29,996 nt of DNA from an uncultured Myxococcales bacterium (GTDB lineage: Bacteria > Myxococcota > UBA4151). Numbering within the stretch: the stretch's first letter is position 1; every line of letters begins with the position of its first letter. Shown here one piece after another: positions 9,032 to 17,339 of this stretch. The translations under genes and the position numbers were made by a program. Location of the stretch: contig CAXGWI010000028.1 of NCBI GenBank assembly GCA_964013405.1, positions 1 through 29,996 of the forward strand. Direction: 5' to 3'. The notes beneath the pieces were generated by a model that did no database searches, was not told the origin of the DNA, and was given only the letters and a program-made list of their open reading frames with translations.

Positions 9032-9032
9032 C

Positions 9033-9470
9033 CTAGGCGTGGTCGAGGATGAGTGTGACGGGGCCATCATTGCTAAGCTCAACGAGCATATCGGCCCCAA
9101 AGACCCCTGTTTCAACCTGGCTAAGGTAGCCCCGGCAGCGCTGCGCCAAGGCCTCGAGTTGGGCCTCGGCGATCGCTGGGTCACTGGCCCGGGAGAAGCT
9201 TGGGCGGAGGCCTTTTCGCCCGTCATCTGAGAGGGTGAATTGGGAGACGAGCAGTAAGCCCCCATCGATATCGATGAGAGAATTCTGCATCCGGCCCTGC
9301 TCGTCGGGGAAGCAGCGCAGATGAGTCAGCCGCTTGGCCCACCACTCCAGTTGGGGCTCTTCATTGTCCATCGCGCAGACGAGGGCGAGCAAGCCCTGGT
9401 CGATTTGTCCCACCGTTTCCCCGCCGACAGACACCTGCGCCCGTCGAACTCTCTGGATGACTGCCCTCAA
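9033..9470 (-). CDS. dtd: D-aminoacyl-tRNA deacylase
   Basis: MRAVIQRV, SQFTL, RPSF, FGADM.V.L.NDGPVT; TTG start overlaps the lon stop. Confidence 0.96.
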   Translation of the reverse strand: MRAVIQRVRRAQVSVGGETVGQIDQGLLALVCAMDNEEPQLEWWAKRLTHLRCFPDEQGRMQNSLIDIDGGLLLVSQFTLSDDGRKGLRPSFSRASDPAIAEAQLEALAQRCRGYLSQVETGVFGADMLVELSNDGPVTLILDHA

Positions 9471-11869
9471 GTCCGGATGCGCTCCGATGGCTTGGAACTG
9501 TCGCTTTGGGAGCGGGTTTCTCCGTCGAGACTATTGGGCTGGGCCTGGGCGAAGATGAGTTCCGTCACCTCGTCCAGAGCATCGACCAGATGGATCGTTA
9601 ACTGGGAGCGCACCGCCTCGGGCACCTCCACGAGGTCCTTTTCGTTACGCCGGGGCAGGAGGACTCGAGGGATGCCGGCCCGATGGGCGGCGAGGACTTT
9701 TTCCCGAATACCGCCGACCGGGAGGATTCGACCTCGGAGTGAGATCTCACCGGTCATGGCGAGATCAGCGGGTAGGGGGGTGCTCCGCAGGAGGGAGAGG
9801 ATGGCTGAATACATCGCAACCCCTGCAGAAGGACCATCCTTTGGCGTTGCGCCTGCGGGAAAGTGGATATGAAGGTCTCGTTTTTCCAGCAGGTTCTCCT
9901 GGGCATCCTCAGTGAGCCCCAGCTTGATCGCGTTGGCCCGCAGGTAGCTGAGTGCAGCCTCGCCGCTTTCCTTCATGACATCGCCAAGGCGACCGGTCAG
10001 CTTGAGCTTGCCAGTGCCAGGCATATCCGTCACCTCCACATGGAGGATCTCACCGCCAACCTGGGTCCATGCAAGTCCGAGGGCGAGGCCTGGAAGCGCA
10101 TGGGGTTCGGGGAGTTCGGAGTGGAATTTGCGCGGGCCCAGAAGATCATTCAGGTGGTCGGGCTCGACCCGCAGGGGGCCCGTTTCATTGACTCGGGCGA
10201 TGGCGGCTTCCCGGCATAAGCTGGCGAGTTCTCTGTCCAACTGCCGAACACCGGCCTCCCGTGTGTAGTGATCGATGAGGCGGGCGAGTGTTCCCTCAAG
10301 AAGCTCTAGATCCTCGCTGTCCAAGCCGTGTTGCGACAGTTGCCGAGGGATGAGGTGTCCCTGGGCGATATGCTCTTTGTCTTGATGGGTGTAGGAGCTC
10401 ACCTCGAGGATCTCCAAGCGGTCCTTAAGGGCTGGAGCCAGGGGAGATGTGCTGTTGACGGTGGCGACGAAGAGGACTCGGGAAAGATCCAGTGGAACAT
10501 CCAAGTAGTGGTCAGCGAACTCTTGGTTCTGTTCTGGGTCGAGTACCTCAAGAAGCGCACTGGCCGGATCGCCCCGGAAGTCATTGGAGAGTTTATCCAC
10601 CTCGTCGAGGAGGATGAGGGGGTTCATCGTTCCAGCCTGTTTCATGGCCTTGGCGATGCGACCAGGAAAGGCGCCGACATAAGTGCGACGATGGCCCCGG
10701 ATCTCAGCCTCATCCCGGACCCCGCCTAAGGCGATGCGCGCAAAGTTGCGACCCATGGCTTCGGCCATCGCCTTCGCCAGGGAACTCTTCCCCACGCCCG
10801 GGGGCCCCGTGAGGCAAAGGATCGGGCCTTGTAGCTCTTTTTTGAGTTGTTGGACGGCAAGGAATTGCAGCAGCCGTTTTTTAGGCTTCTCAAGGCCGTA
10901 ATGGTCTCGGTCGAGAATCTCTTCGGCCTGGGAGAGGTCAAGTCGGTCTTCGCTGAGTTGGTTCCACGGCATGTCCGCAAGCCATTCCAAGTAGTTTCGA
11001 ATGACACCATACTCGGCGCTGGAAGAAGGCATCGAGCGGAGTCGTCGGAACTCCCGGGCAGCCATTTTCCTGACGGCCTCCGAAGGGTCTTTGGCGAGGA
11101 GGCGTGATTCAAGTGCATCGATTTGATCACTGTCCTCTTCACCCTCACCGAGTTCTTCCCGAATCGCCTTCATCTTGCTGCGAAGAAACTGTTCCCGCTG
11201 ATGTCGGCTGCGCTCAGATTCGATATTGCGGGTGGTCTTCGACGTGATCTGCAGTTCCTGGCAGGCCTCTTCGAGGAGCGCGAGCACAATCTCAAGCCGT
11301 TGGGTCAGATCGAGGGCTTCCAGGACCTCCTGACGGCGCTCAAGATCCAGTTCTAAGTGGGCCGCAATGAAATCGGCGAGGCGGTCTGGATCACTCAGCC
11401 CGCCAAGAACGCCCTTGGCCCGAGAGGGCAAGTCCTGGCGCAAATCGACATATTCTAGTGCCCTCTTACGCAGGTCTTCGGCGAGCTCTCGGCTGCGGTC
11501 GCTCTCCCCGCCCTGGGTCTCAAGTTGTTCAACCTCCCCCGTCAGGTGGCCATTTTTCTCGCTCAGCGATTTCAACTCGAAGCGCTCGAGTCCTTTGACG
11601 AGCAGCTGATAGCGGTCCGTGGCCGTCGGCATCATGCTGATGACCTTGGCCCGAGTTCCCACCCGAAAGAGATCATCCAGTCCTGGATCTTCTTCTCTCG
11701 GGTCCCGCTGAGCGACGATTCCGAGTTGGATTTCGCCCGCTTCTAGACGCTTCAAAAGATTGACCGAACGGGGTCTTCCCACCGTCAGTTGCAGTAAGGC
11801 ATTGGGAAAGAAGATATCGTTTCGGAGCGGAAGAATACCGAGTTCGCCAGGAAAAGACTTTTCCGTCAT
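9467..11869 (-). CDS. lon: ATP-dependent Lon protease
   Basis: LON N-domain, DHYGL, GPPGVGKS, GHRRTYVGA, LDEVDK, catalytic PKDGPSAG and GGIREKVLAAHRAG. Confidence 0.98.
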   Translation of the reverse strand: MTEKSFPGELGILPLRNDIFFPNALLQLTVGRPRSVNLLKRLEAGEIQLGIVAQRDPREEDPGLDDLFRVGTRAKVISMMPTATDRYQLLVKGLERFELKSLSEKNGHLTGEVEQLETQGGESDRSRELAEDLRKRALEYVDLRQDLPSRAKGVLGGLSDPDRLADFIAAHLELDLERRQEVLEALDLTQRLEIVLALLEEACQELQITSKTTRNIESERSRHQREQFLRSKMKAIREELGEGEEDSDQIDALESRLLAKDPSEAVRKMAAREFRRLRSMPSSSAEYGVIRNYLEWLADMPWNQLSEDRLDLSQAEEILDRDHYGLEKPKKRLLQFLAVQQLKKELQGPILCLTGPPGVGKSSLAKAMAEAMGRNFARIALGGVRDEAEIRGHRRTYVGAFPGRIAKAMKQAGTMNPLILLDEVDKLSNDFRGDPASALLEVLDPEQNQEFADHYLDVPLDLSRVLFVATVNSTSPLAPALKDRLEILEVSSYTHQDKEHIAQGHLIPRQLSQHGLDSEDLELLEGTLARLIDHYTREAGVRQLDRELASLCREAAIARVNETGPLRVEPDHLNDLLGPRKFHSELPEPHALPGLALGLAWTQVGGEILHVEVTDMPGTGKLKLTGRLGDVMKESGEAALSYLRANAIKLGLTEDAQENLLEKRDLHIHFPAGATPKDGPSAGVAMYSAILSLLRSTPLPADLAMTGEISLRGRILPVGGIREKVLAAHRAGIPRVLLPRRNEKDLVEVPEAVRSQLTIHLVDALDEVTELIFAQAQPNSLDGETRSQSDSSKPSERIRT

Positions 11870-13326
11870 GACTGGGCTCCAAGGCAGTTAAGGAGTTGGT
11901 TAGGAAGAGGCGCTGGGCCGTGGAGTCGAGCCTGAGCGGCGCTCACCAGCCGGCCGGCATACCGGGCACCGGGGCGATGATTGCCCGATTGAGCCCAACC
12001 ACCAAAGGGCAGTTGGCCGCTGGCGCCGACCGTGCTCCGGTTGAAGTTCACGATCCCGGCTCGCAGCCGGGGCGCTAAGCGCTCAAAACGTTGTCTGTCG
12101 GCCGTAAAGATGCTGGCGGCAAGCCCGTAGCCGCTTTGGGTCATGGTGCGCACTGCGTCATCCTCATCCTGGTAGGGGATGAGTACCAGATCCGGCCCAA
12201 AATGCTCAGATTGGAAGTAGGTTGTGTCCTGCCAAGGGCCCCGTCGCAGTGCGGGGGTGAGATAAGCCCCGGGGCGATCGATGGCCTGACCGGCCACCAG
12301 GGTGTCGACACCGGCCGTTTGGGCTGCTTGATTTAAATTGAGGAGGCGTTGGCGTGCATGCTGATCGATGATCGGGCCCATAAAGGCTTCTTCCTCTAGG
12401 GGGTGGCCGACGCTAAGCCGGGGGACGAGGGCCGCAAGTCGGTCGGAGAGTTCATCGATCACATCCCGATGGACGAAGGCCTGACTACTGGCCGTGCAGC
12501 GTTGTCCACAGGTGACATAGGCGGCCATCAGGAGTTCTTCAGCGGTTTGTCCTAATTGGGCGTCGGCCGCGACGAGGGCGGCATTTTTACCACCCATCTC
12601 CAAGGCGACGAGTTTGTGGGGTTGCTGGTGGGTCGCGGCAAGAATCGCCAGGCCGACGCGGGTCGATCCGGTAAATAGTAAGCCATCCACTTCCGGCGAG
12701 GCGACCAGGACGCCGCCAGTTTCAGCATCCCCTTGGACCAAGTTGAAAACCCCTGGGGGCAAGTCGGCCTCGGCAAAGGCCTCCCCATAGAGTTGGGCGA
12801 CACCCGGGGCTTTTTCGCTGGGTTTTAGGATGACGGTGTTGCCCGCTGCGAGTGCGGGTAAAATCTGACCGTTGGCGAGATGGGCCGGGAAGTTGAAGGG
12901 GCCGAGGACGGCCACAACACCGAGGGGGAGATGACAGGCTCGCCCGCCATCATTGGGGAGGACGATATCGCTGATGTCCTCGGCGATAGGCCCCAAGACG
13001 AGATCCACGCGGGGGGCCAGTCCCCCCGCTTCGCCCCGGGATTCCCAGAGGGGCTTGCCCACTTCTAGGCTGATGCGTTTAGCGATGGACTCTTTGCGTC
13101 TAGCGAGCGCTTCCTGCAGGCGCCGGAGATAGGGGGTCCGGCCCTCAAGTCCCAGGGCTGCCCAGGCTGGAAAAGCCTTGCGAGCGGCCTCGATCGCTTG
13201 GGCGCTATGGGCTGGGGAGAAGGGGAAGGATTCAAGGGCTTCGCCCTCCGCGGGGCTGATGACCGTCAGGGTTTTGGAGCCTTCGGGGTACCAGCGCCCC
13301 TCTATGTATGCTGCCATGGGCGTCAC
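11866..13326 (-). CDS. astD: N-succinylglutamate 5-semialdehyde dehydrogenase (ALDH family)
   Basis: VLGPFNFPAHLANG, LFTGS, LEMGGKN, GQRCT, PFGG..SGNHRP (AstD-like); adjacent to astA. Start GTG 13326 or ATG 13317. Confidence 0.85.
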   Translation of the reverse strand: MTPMAAYIEGRWYPEGSKTLTVISPAEGEALESFPFSPAHSAQAIEAARKAFPAWAALGLEGRTPYLRRLQEALARRKESIAKRISLEVGKPLWESRGEAGGLAPRVDLVLGPIAEDISDIVLPNDGGRACHLPLGVVAVLGPFNFPAHLANGQILPALAAGNTVILKPSEKAPGVAQLYGEAFAEADLPPGVFNLVQGDAETGGVLVASPEVDGLLFTGSTRVGLAILAATHQQPHKLVALEMGGKNAALVAADAQLGQTAEELLMAAYVTCGQRCTASSQAFVHRDVIDELSDRLAALVPRLSVGHPLEEEAFMGPIIDQHARQRLLNLNQAAQTAGVDTLVAGQAIDRPGAYLTPALRRGPWQDTTYFQSEHFGPDLVLIPYQDEDDAVRTMTQSGYGLAASIFTADRQRFERLAPRLRAGIVNFNRSTVGASGQLPFGGWAQSGNHRPGARYAGRLVSAAQARLHGPAPLPNQLLNCLGAQS

Positions 13327-14324
13327 GAGATGTTCTCCTCAAGCGGAGTTACCAAGAGATCTTGGCCTTCGCTTGCTTGTAATCGAGCGAGTGCGTCGGG
13401 AGGGACGCAGACTTGGAGCCCGGTGAGTTCCACCTGACTCCGGACAGAGCGAAAGGGCTCTAGGGCTGCAACGAGGGCCGAGCGACCGCCGGAGGCCCGG
13501 GCGATGGCCCGGCAGCTTCGAGTGAGTCGAACGCTGCGAACCCGGTCAGTCGGTGCCCCATAGTGGGGACCACCATCAAAGGGGTCAATGCGGCGCTGGT
13601 AGCGGAAACCTTCTCGCCGGAGCATGACCTCGACGCCTTTGGTCTCGTCCCCCACGGTGCCGATGACCCGGTGGGTTTCTTCATCAAAGAGCGAAACGTA
13701 GATATCCCCGCGGGGAAACAGGTCCTCAATGAATTCTTTTTGATTGATGGAGAGGCGGTCGGCCTCTCGGTAGTCAAGCCCAGTGAAGCGTCGGCCGAGG
13801 GCTTTCCAGAGGGGCGAGGAGCCATCGTCGTCGAAGGGGGGCAGCAATTCAGCCAGGATCCGTTCACAGAAGCGCTCTCTGTAGGCCGCAATGTACTGGA
13901 AGCGGGCCCGGGAGAGGAGGGAGGCCATGCCTTTGCCCCGATGACTCGGTTCCAGGATCAGGCCACCGATCTCTGTGCGGGGATGAAAACTTGTCCCGAG
14001 TCGAAGCACGAGGTGGGAGAAAAGCCGCTCTAGGTCACGGGAGTAGCGATCCTCTTCGATCACATCGAAATAGGTGTGAGGCGCTTCGGGGGACCCATGG
14101 TGGGCGATGATGTTGGAGCAACCACAGACCTCGCCTTTCGGATCCTCAAGGACAAAAAACATCGCCTGATCCGGCTGGGAGGCGCCTTCGAATGCTTCAT
14201 GGGACTCCGCCAAGAGCCGGTCCATCGCATCCGGGTCGGCCGGGAGATTGATGGTGTCTAGGAGTTTGGCGAGTCGCACCAAGGCTTCTAGGTCTGAAGA
14301 GGTCGCCTGACGAAGCAGATACAT
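13323..14324 (-). CDS. astA: Arginine/ornithine N-succinyltransferase
   Basis: TEIGGLILEP, LLSRARFQYIA, ILAEL, SPLWKALGRRF, FIEDLFP..IYVSL, IDPFDGGP are AstA family motifs. Confidence 0.92.
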   Translation of the reverse strand: MYLLRQATSSDLEALVRLAKLLDTINLPADPDAMDRLLAESHEAFEGASQPDQAMFFVLEDPKGEVCGCSNIIAHHGSPEAPHTYFDVIEEDRYSRDLERLFSHLVLRLGTSFHPRTEIGGLILEPSHRGKGMASLLSRARFQYIAAYRERFCERILAELLPPFDDDGSSPLWKALGRRFTGLDYREADRLSINQKEFIEDLFPRGDIYVSLFDEETHRVIGTVGDETKGVEVMLRREGFRYQRRIDPFDGGPHYGAPTDRVRSVRLTRSCRAIARASGGRSALVAALEPFRSVRSQVELTGLQVCVPPDALARLQASEGQDLLVTPLEENIS

Positions 14325-14326
14325 GC

Positions 14327-14869
14327 TTAGTCCTTATCGTGAGAACTAAGGGGGAGGGTCTCAAAGTTGCCCGTCCCCGCGGCGACGAGGGGCATGGTGG
14401 GGCCCGCGCCCGGCTCACCCCGTTCCTCGGCCGCTAAGTGCTCGACAGCAAAACGGAGCAGGTCTCGGGCGACGAAGCGGAGTCGCAGGGCGAGCTCGGT
14501 ATCCACATAGGCGGCAGCCGAGCGGTCCACTTCGGCGACAAGCCGCCGGAAGTAGGCTTCCGCGCCGCGGGGGTCTTCACGCAAAAACCCCTCCATCGCC
14601 TCGGCTTGGTCTACCCATTGGTCGCAAATCCAGAACAGGAGATCTCGCAGGGTGCCTTCGCCCACCTGGGCAAAGGCCCGAGGTGCAGGGCGGGGGCTTT
14701 GTTGGGCGTCGATCTGCTCTGCTGCCGTTTCGCTCGCGGGAATCAGATACTGCTTGCCTTGCTTGATGAAGCGAATCCGGCCGGAGCTGATCCAGCGACG
14801 GACAGTTCGCGTACTTACACGGGCAGATTCGGAAAACTCTTTGACCGTTAACATGCCTTTAGCGGACAT
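14327..14869 (-). CDS. Excisionase/MerR-like (HTH_17) winged-helix DNA-binding protein with unknown helical C-terminal domain
   Basis: LTVKEFSESARVSTRTVRRWISSGRIRFIKQGKQYLIP is a typical HTH_17 pattern; CAGGAG SD upstream. Confidence 0.85.
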   Translation of the reverse strand: MSAKGMLTVKEFSESARVSTRTVRRWISSGRIRFIKQGKQYLIPASETAAEQIDAQQSPRPAPRAFAQVGEGTLRDLLFWICDQWVDQAEAMEGFLREDPRGAEAYFRRLVAEVDRSAAAYVDTELALRLRFVARDLLRFAVEHLAAEERGEPGAGPTMPLVAAGTGNFETLPLSSHDKD

Positions 14870-14933
14870 TGATAGACTCCTGCCCCTTTGCTGCCATGGA
14901 CTGAAGCATGTTGTCCATCCATCGCCTGCTTTT

Positions 14934-14962
14934 TTGCGCCCCTATGGCTGCCTGTGCATGCT
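14934..14962 (+). promoter_or_regulatory. Candidate sigma70-type promoter for the 87-aa gene
   Basis: TTGCGC-N17-CATGCT, 33 nt upstream of ATG 14996; only a partial consensus match. Confidence 0.3.
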
Positions 14963-14995
14963 CTGGCCTACGGGTCAAGACCTGGAGGATGTCAG

Positions 14996-15259
14996 ATGGG
15001 TATCTGTGTGGATCTTCAGCTACTTCGGCGAGGCCGCCGCATTATCCGAAACTATCTTCGCCAGGGCCAGGTCGAGGCCCACCTTGACCAAGATGGACAG
15101 CCCGACCTTCTCGCAATGCACGAAACCGTCGACTGGTGTGCATCTTGGCTTGAGCGGCGAACCGGGCAGGCGCCTTCCAGTCATGAGCGCAAGCTGCTGC
15201 TCTGTTTTCTCGCTGGTGAACTACGTCAAGGCAGTCGATTGGCTCAAGTTCAGCGATGA
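14996..15259 (+). CDS. Hypothetical 87-aa protein
   Basis: GGAGGA SD 6 nt before ATG 14996 (MGICVDLQLLRRGRRIIRNYL...). Fills the gap between the HTH gene and dnaA, ending 7 nt from the dnaA stop. Confidence 0.75.
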   Translation: MGICVDLQLLRRGRRIIRNYLRQGQVEAHLDQDGQPDLLAMHETVDWCASWLERRTGQAPSSHERKLLLCFLAGELRQGSRLAQVQR

Positions 15260-15266
15260 ATCGAAA

Positions 15267-16658
15267 CTAAGAGGCCCGAAGCGCTCGCCGGAGCGCCTCC
15301 CGGCGGGCCTGGCCTGCAGGGGTCTTTAGATGATCCTCATAACGCCCAAGACTGTGGTGCACGGTACTGTGATCCCGTTGCAGGAGCTTGCCCACTTCGA
15401 CCAGACTCAGCGTCGTCTCTTCCCGTAGCAGGCCACAAATCCACATCCTCGCTTGGACCAGGCGTGTCGTCCTGCCTTTGCCCCGGACCTTGTCAAAGGA
15501 GACACCTTCCTGATCGCAAATCACCCGCGCGATGTCCTCGGGGCTTTTCGCCTGCCGCTGGGCCATCTCGACACTCAACATTTGCCGAGCGGTGGCGAGG
15601 TCGAGGTGATCGAGACCTTTGAGTTCTCGCCGAAGGTTGAGGCGCTTCACCGCACCCTGAAGTTCGCGAATATTGGTGTTGAAGAGGTCGGCGAGTAACT
15701 CGAAGACCTCTGGGGCAAAGACATCTCGACTACCGGCGAGTGACTCAGCCCAGGTTTGAGCGATTGCGACACGGGTCTCATAGAGGGGCGTGGCGACGGT
15801 GAGGACGAGTCCTTCAGACATGCGACTTGCGAGGCGCTCGGATAGGCCGGGGATCTCCGCGGGCGGCAGGTCGGAGGCGAACGCGAGGAAGGCGCCACGA
15901 AGACGGTGCCAATTGAAGAGGTTAAAGAGTTCTTCGATGGTCTTGGTTTTGTTGGCCAGGAGTTGCACGTCGTCCACAATGACCACGGCGCCCTCCAATT
16001 GGGTTGCCGACCGGAACAGATCGACCCGTCGGGCGCGGATATGATCGATGATGATGGTCGCGAACTGATCACCGGTAAAGTAGAGAACGGGTCGCTCGGG
16101 CGCCGTCTTGTTCACGTGGTTGCCGATGGCGTGAAGAAGATGGGTCTTTCCAGTGCCGGATTGACCGTGGATATAGAGGGGGTTGAAGTGGGCAGCATCT
16201 TCGAGCTTGGCGAACCGCTCGGCCGCGTAGAAGGCCTCTTCGTTGCTGTTGTCTGAGATGAAGGCCTGAAAGCTCATCGCCCGGTTGAGCGGACTTCCGA
16301 TGCTCGGTTTGGCTGCGACAGGCACCGATGGCTGCCTGGGCGGGGGAGGGGCGGTATCGCTGGGGCGCTGAAAGAGCGGCAAGGTGGCCCGTTCGGTTTG
16401 ATCTTCGTTTGGGCGGTAGATGACGCGGACGCTCTTGGGCGGCGCTCCGGGCCAATGGGCCACCAGCATGTCAAAGATCATCCCATTCATGCTCGTGTCG
16501 GCACAAACGCCGGCCATAAACTCACTGGGATGGCTGAGGACCAACTCGTCCTCACCTTCTTCGACGGGAGCGAGGAGTTCAAAAAGCTCCATAGAGGTCG
16601 CGTGAATTTCGGTCTTCACCGCCTCTAAGAACTGACTCCATCGGTGCTCGAGACCCAT
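15267..16658 (-). CDS. dnaA: Chromosomal replication initiator protein DnaA (divergent)
   Basis: FNPLYIHGQSGTGKTHLLHAIGN, DDVQLL, RLASR, NIRELQGA, domain IV SL.EVG...RDHSTV; divergent from rpmH. Confidence 0.95.
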   Translation of the reverse strand: MGLEHRWSQFLEAVKTEIHATSMELFELLAPVEEGEDELVLSHPSEFMAGVCADTSMNGMIFDMLVAHWPGAPPKSVRVIYRPNEDQTERATLPLFQRPSDTAPPPPRQPSVPVAAKPSIGSPLNRAMSFQAFISDNSNEEAFYAAERFAKLEDAAHFNPLYIHGQSGTGKTHLLHAIGNHVNKTAPERPVLYFTGDQFATIIIDHIRARRVDLFRSATQLEGAVVIVDDVQLLANKTKTIEELFNLFNWHRLRGAFLAFASDLPPAEIPGLSERLASRMSEGLVLTVATPLYETRVAIAQTWAESLAGSRDVFAPEVFELLADLFNTNIRELQGAVKRLNLRRELKGLDHLDLATARQMLSVEMAQRQAKSPEDIARVICDQEGVSFDKVRGKGRTTRLVQARMWICGLLREETTLSLVEVGKLLQRDHSTVHHSLGRYEDHLKTPAGQARREALRRALRAS

Positions 16659-16792
16659 AATACCCTATCCAGCCATTACTTCTTCACTACACAGCGGCTT
16701 TGGACAAGGCCGATTCCCAACGATTTATCCCAGGGAAAAGGCCAGCCCGGCACGAAGGAACGATCTGTCGAGGTAAAATGGGCTGAATCCTG

Positions 16793-16821
16793 TTGACCCG
16801 GCTTCGTGGGCCACCTATCAG
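16793..16821 (+). promoter_or_regulatory. Putative sigma70 promoter of rpmH-rnpA-yidC
   Basis: TTGACC-N17-TATCAG followed by GC-rich CCCGCCGG. Confidence 0.65.
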
Positions 16822-16848
16822 CCCGCCGGACCGAGACAGGAGCCAGTG

Positions 16849-17001
16849 ATGAGTAAGCGTACCTACCAGCCCAGCCGTATCAAACGAGCCCGGCGCCACG
16901 GCTTCCGGTCCCGAATGGCCACCCGCAATGGTCGGAAGGTCCTTGCCAGTCGCCGGAGCAAAGGGCGTCGTCGCCTTGCGGTTTCAACTTACCGGAAGTG
17001 A
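16849..17001 (+). CDS. rpmH: 50S ribosomal protein L34
   Basis: Below the ORF-track cutoff. Manual translation [58 protein letters not shown]. Confidence 0.98.
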   Translation: MSKRTYQPSRIKRARRHGFRSRMATRNGRKVLASRRSKGRRRLAVSTYRK

Positions 17002-17339
17002 CAGCAACCTTTCCGAAGGCTCGACGCCTGCGATTTCGGCGCCAGTTCTTACGGGTGCAGCGGCGAGGACGTCGCCTCGATGGTAACAAGCTCTTCCTTT
17101 TCGTCGCTCGGGATCGAGCAAAAGGTCAGCGTTTTGGTTTCACAGTCTCCAAGAAGGTCGGCAAGGCAGTGATTCGCAATCGAGTTCGCCGTCGCCTGCG
17201 GGAAGTGGTCCGGACGCATCGGGCGGTGTTCCCCACTGGGTTCCATTACGTGATCATTGCGCGCCCCGGCGCCGCGGATGCCGAGTTTGGGGCGCTAGAG
17301 AATGACCTTCTCCAGTTGGCAAAGAAGGTTCGAGCATGA
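16998..17339 (+). CDS. rnpA: Ribonuclease P protein component
   Basis: [25 protein letters not shown] (RNR motif); GTGA overlap with rpmH. Confidence 0.97.
   Translation: MTATFPKARRLRFRRQFLRVQRRGRRLDGNKLFLFVARDRAKGQRFGFTVSKKVGKAVIRNRVRRRLREVVRTHRAVFPTGFHYVIIARPGAADAEFGALENDLLQLAKKVRA

Noticed and set aside
10593..14507. One-mismatch DnaA boxes (TTATCCACC in lon, TTGTCCACA in astD, GTATCCACA in the HTH gene)
   Set aside because: Isolated and intragenic, consistent with chance
14327..14869. Prophage/ICE suggested by the excisionase-like HTH
   Set aside because: No integrase, att repeats, phage genes or evident composition shift; the gene is coupled to astA
14652..15329. 225-aa plus-strand ORF and the 14888 start for the small gene
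   Set aside because: The 225-aa ORF overlaps the HTH gene and dnaA and has no recognisable motif; ATG 14996 has a far better SD than 14888
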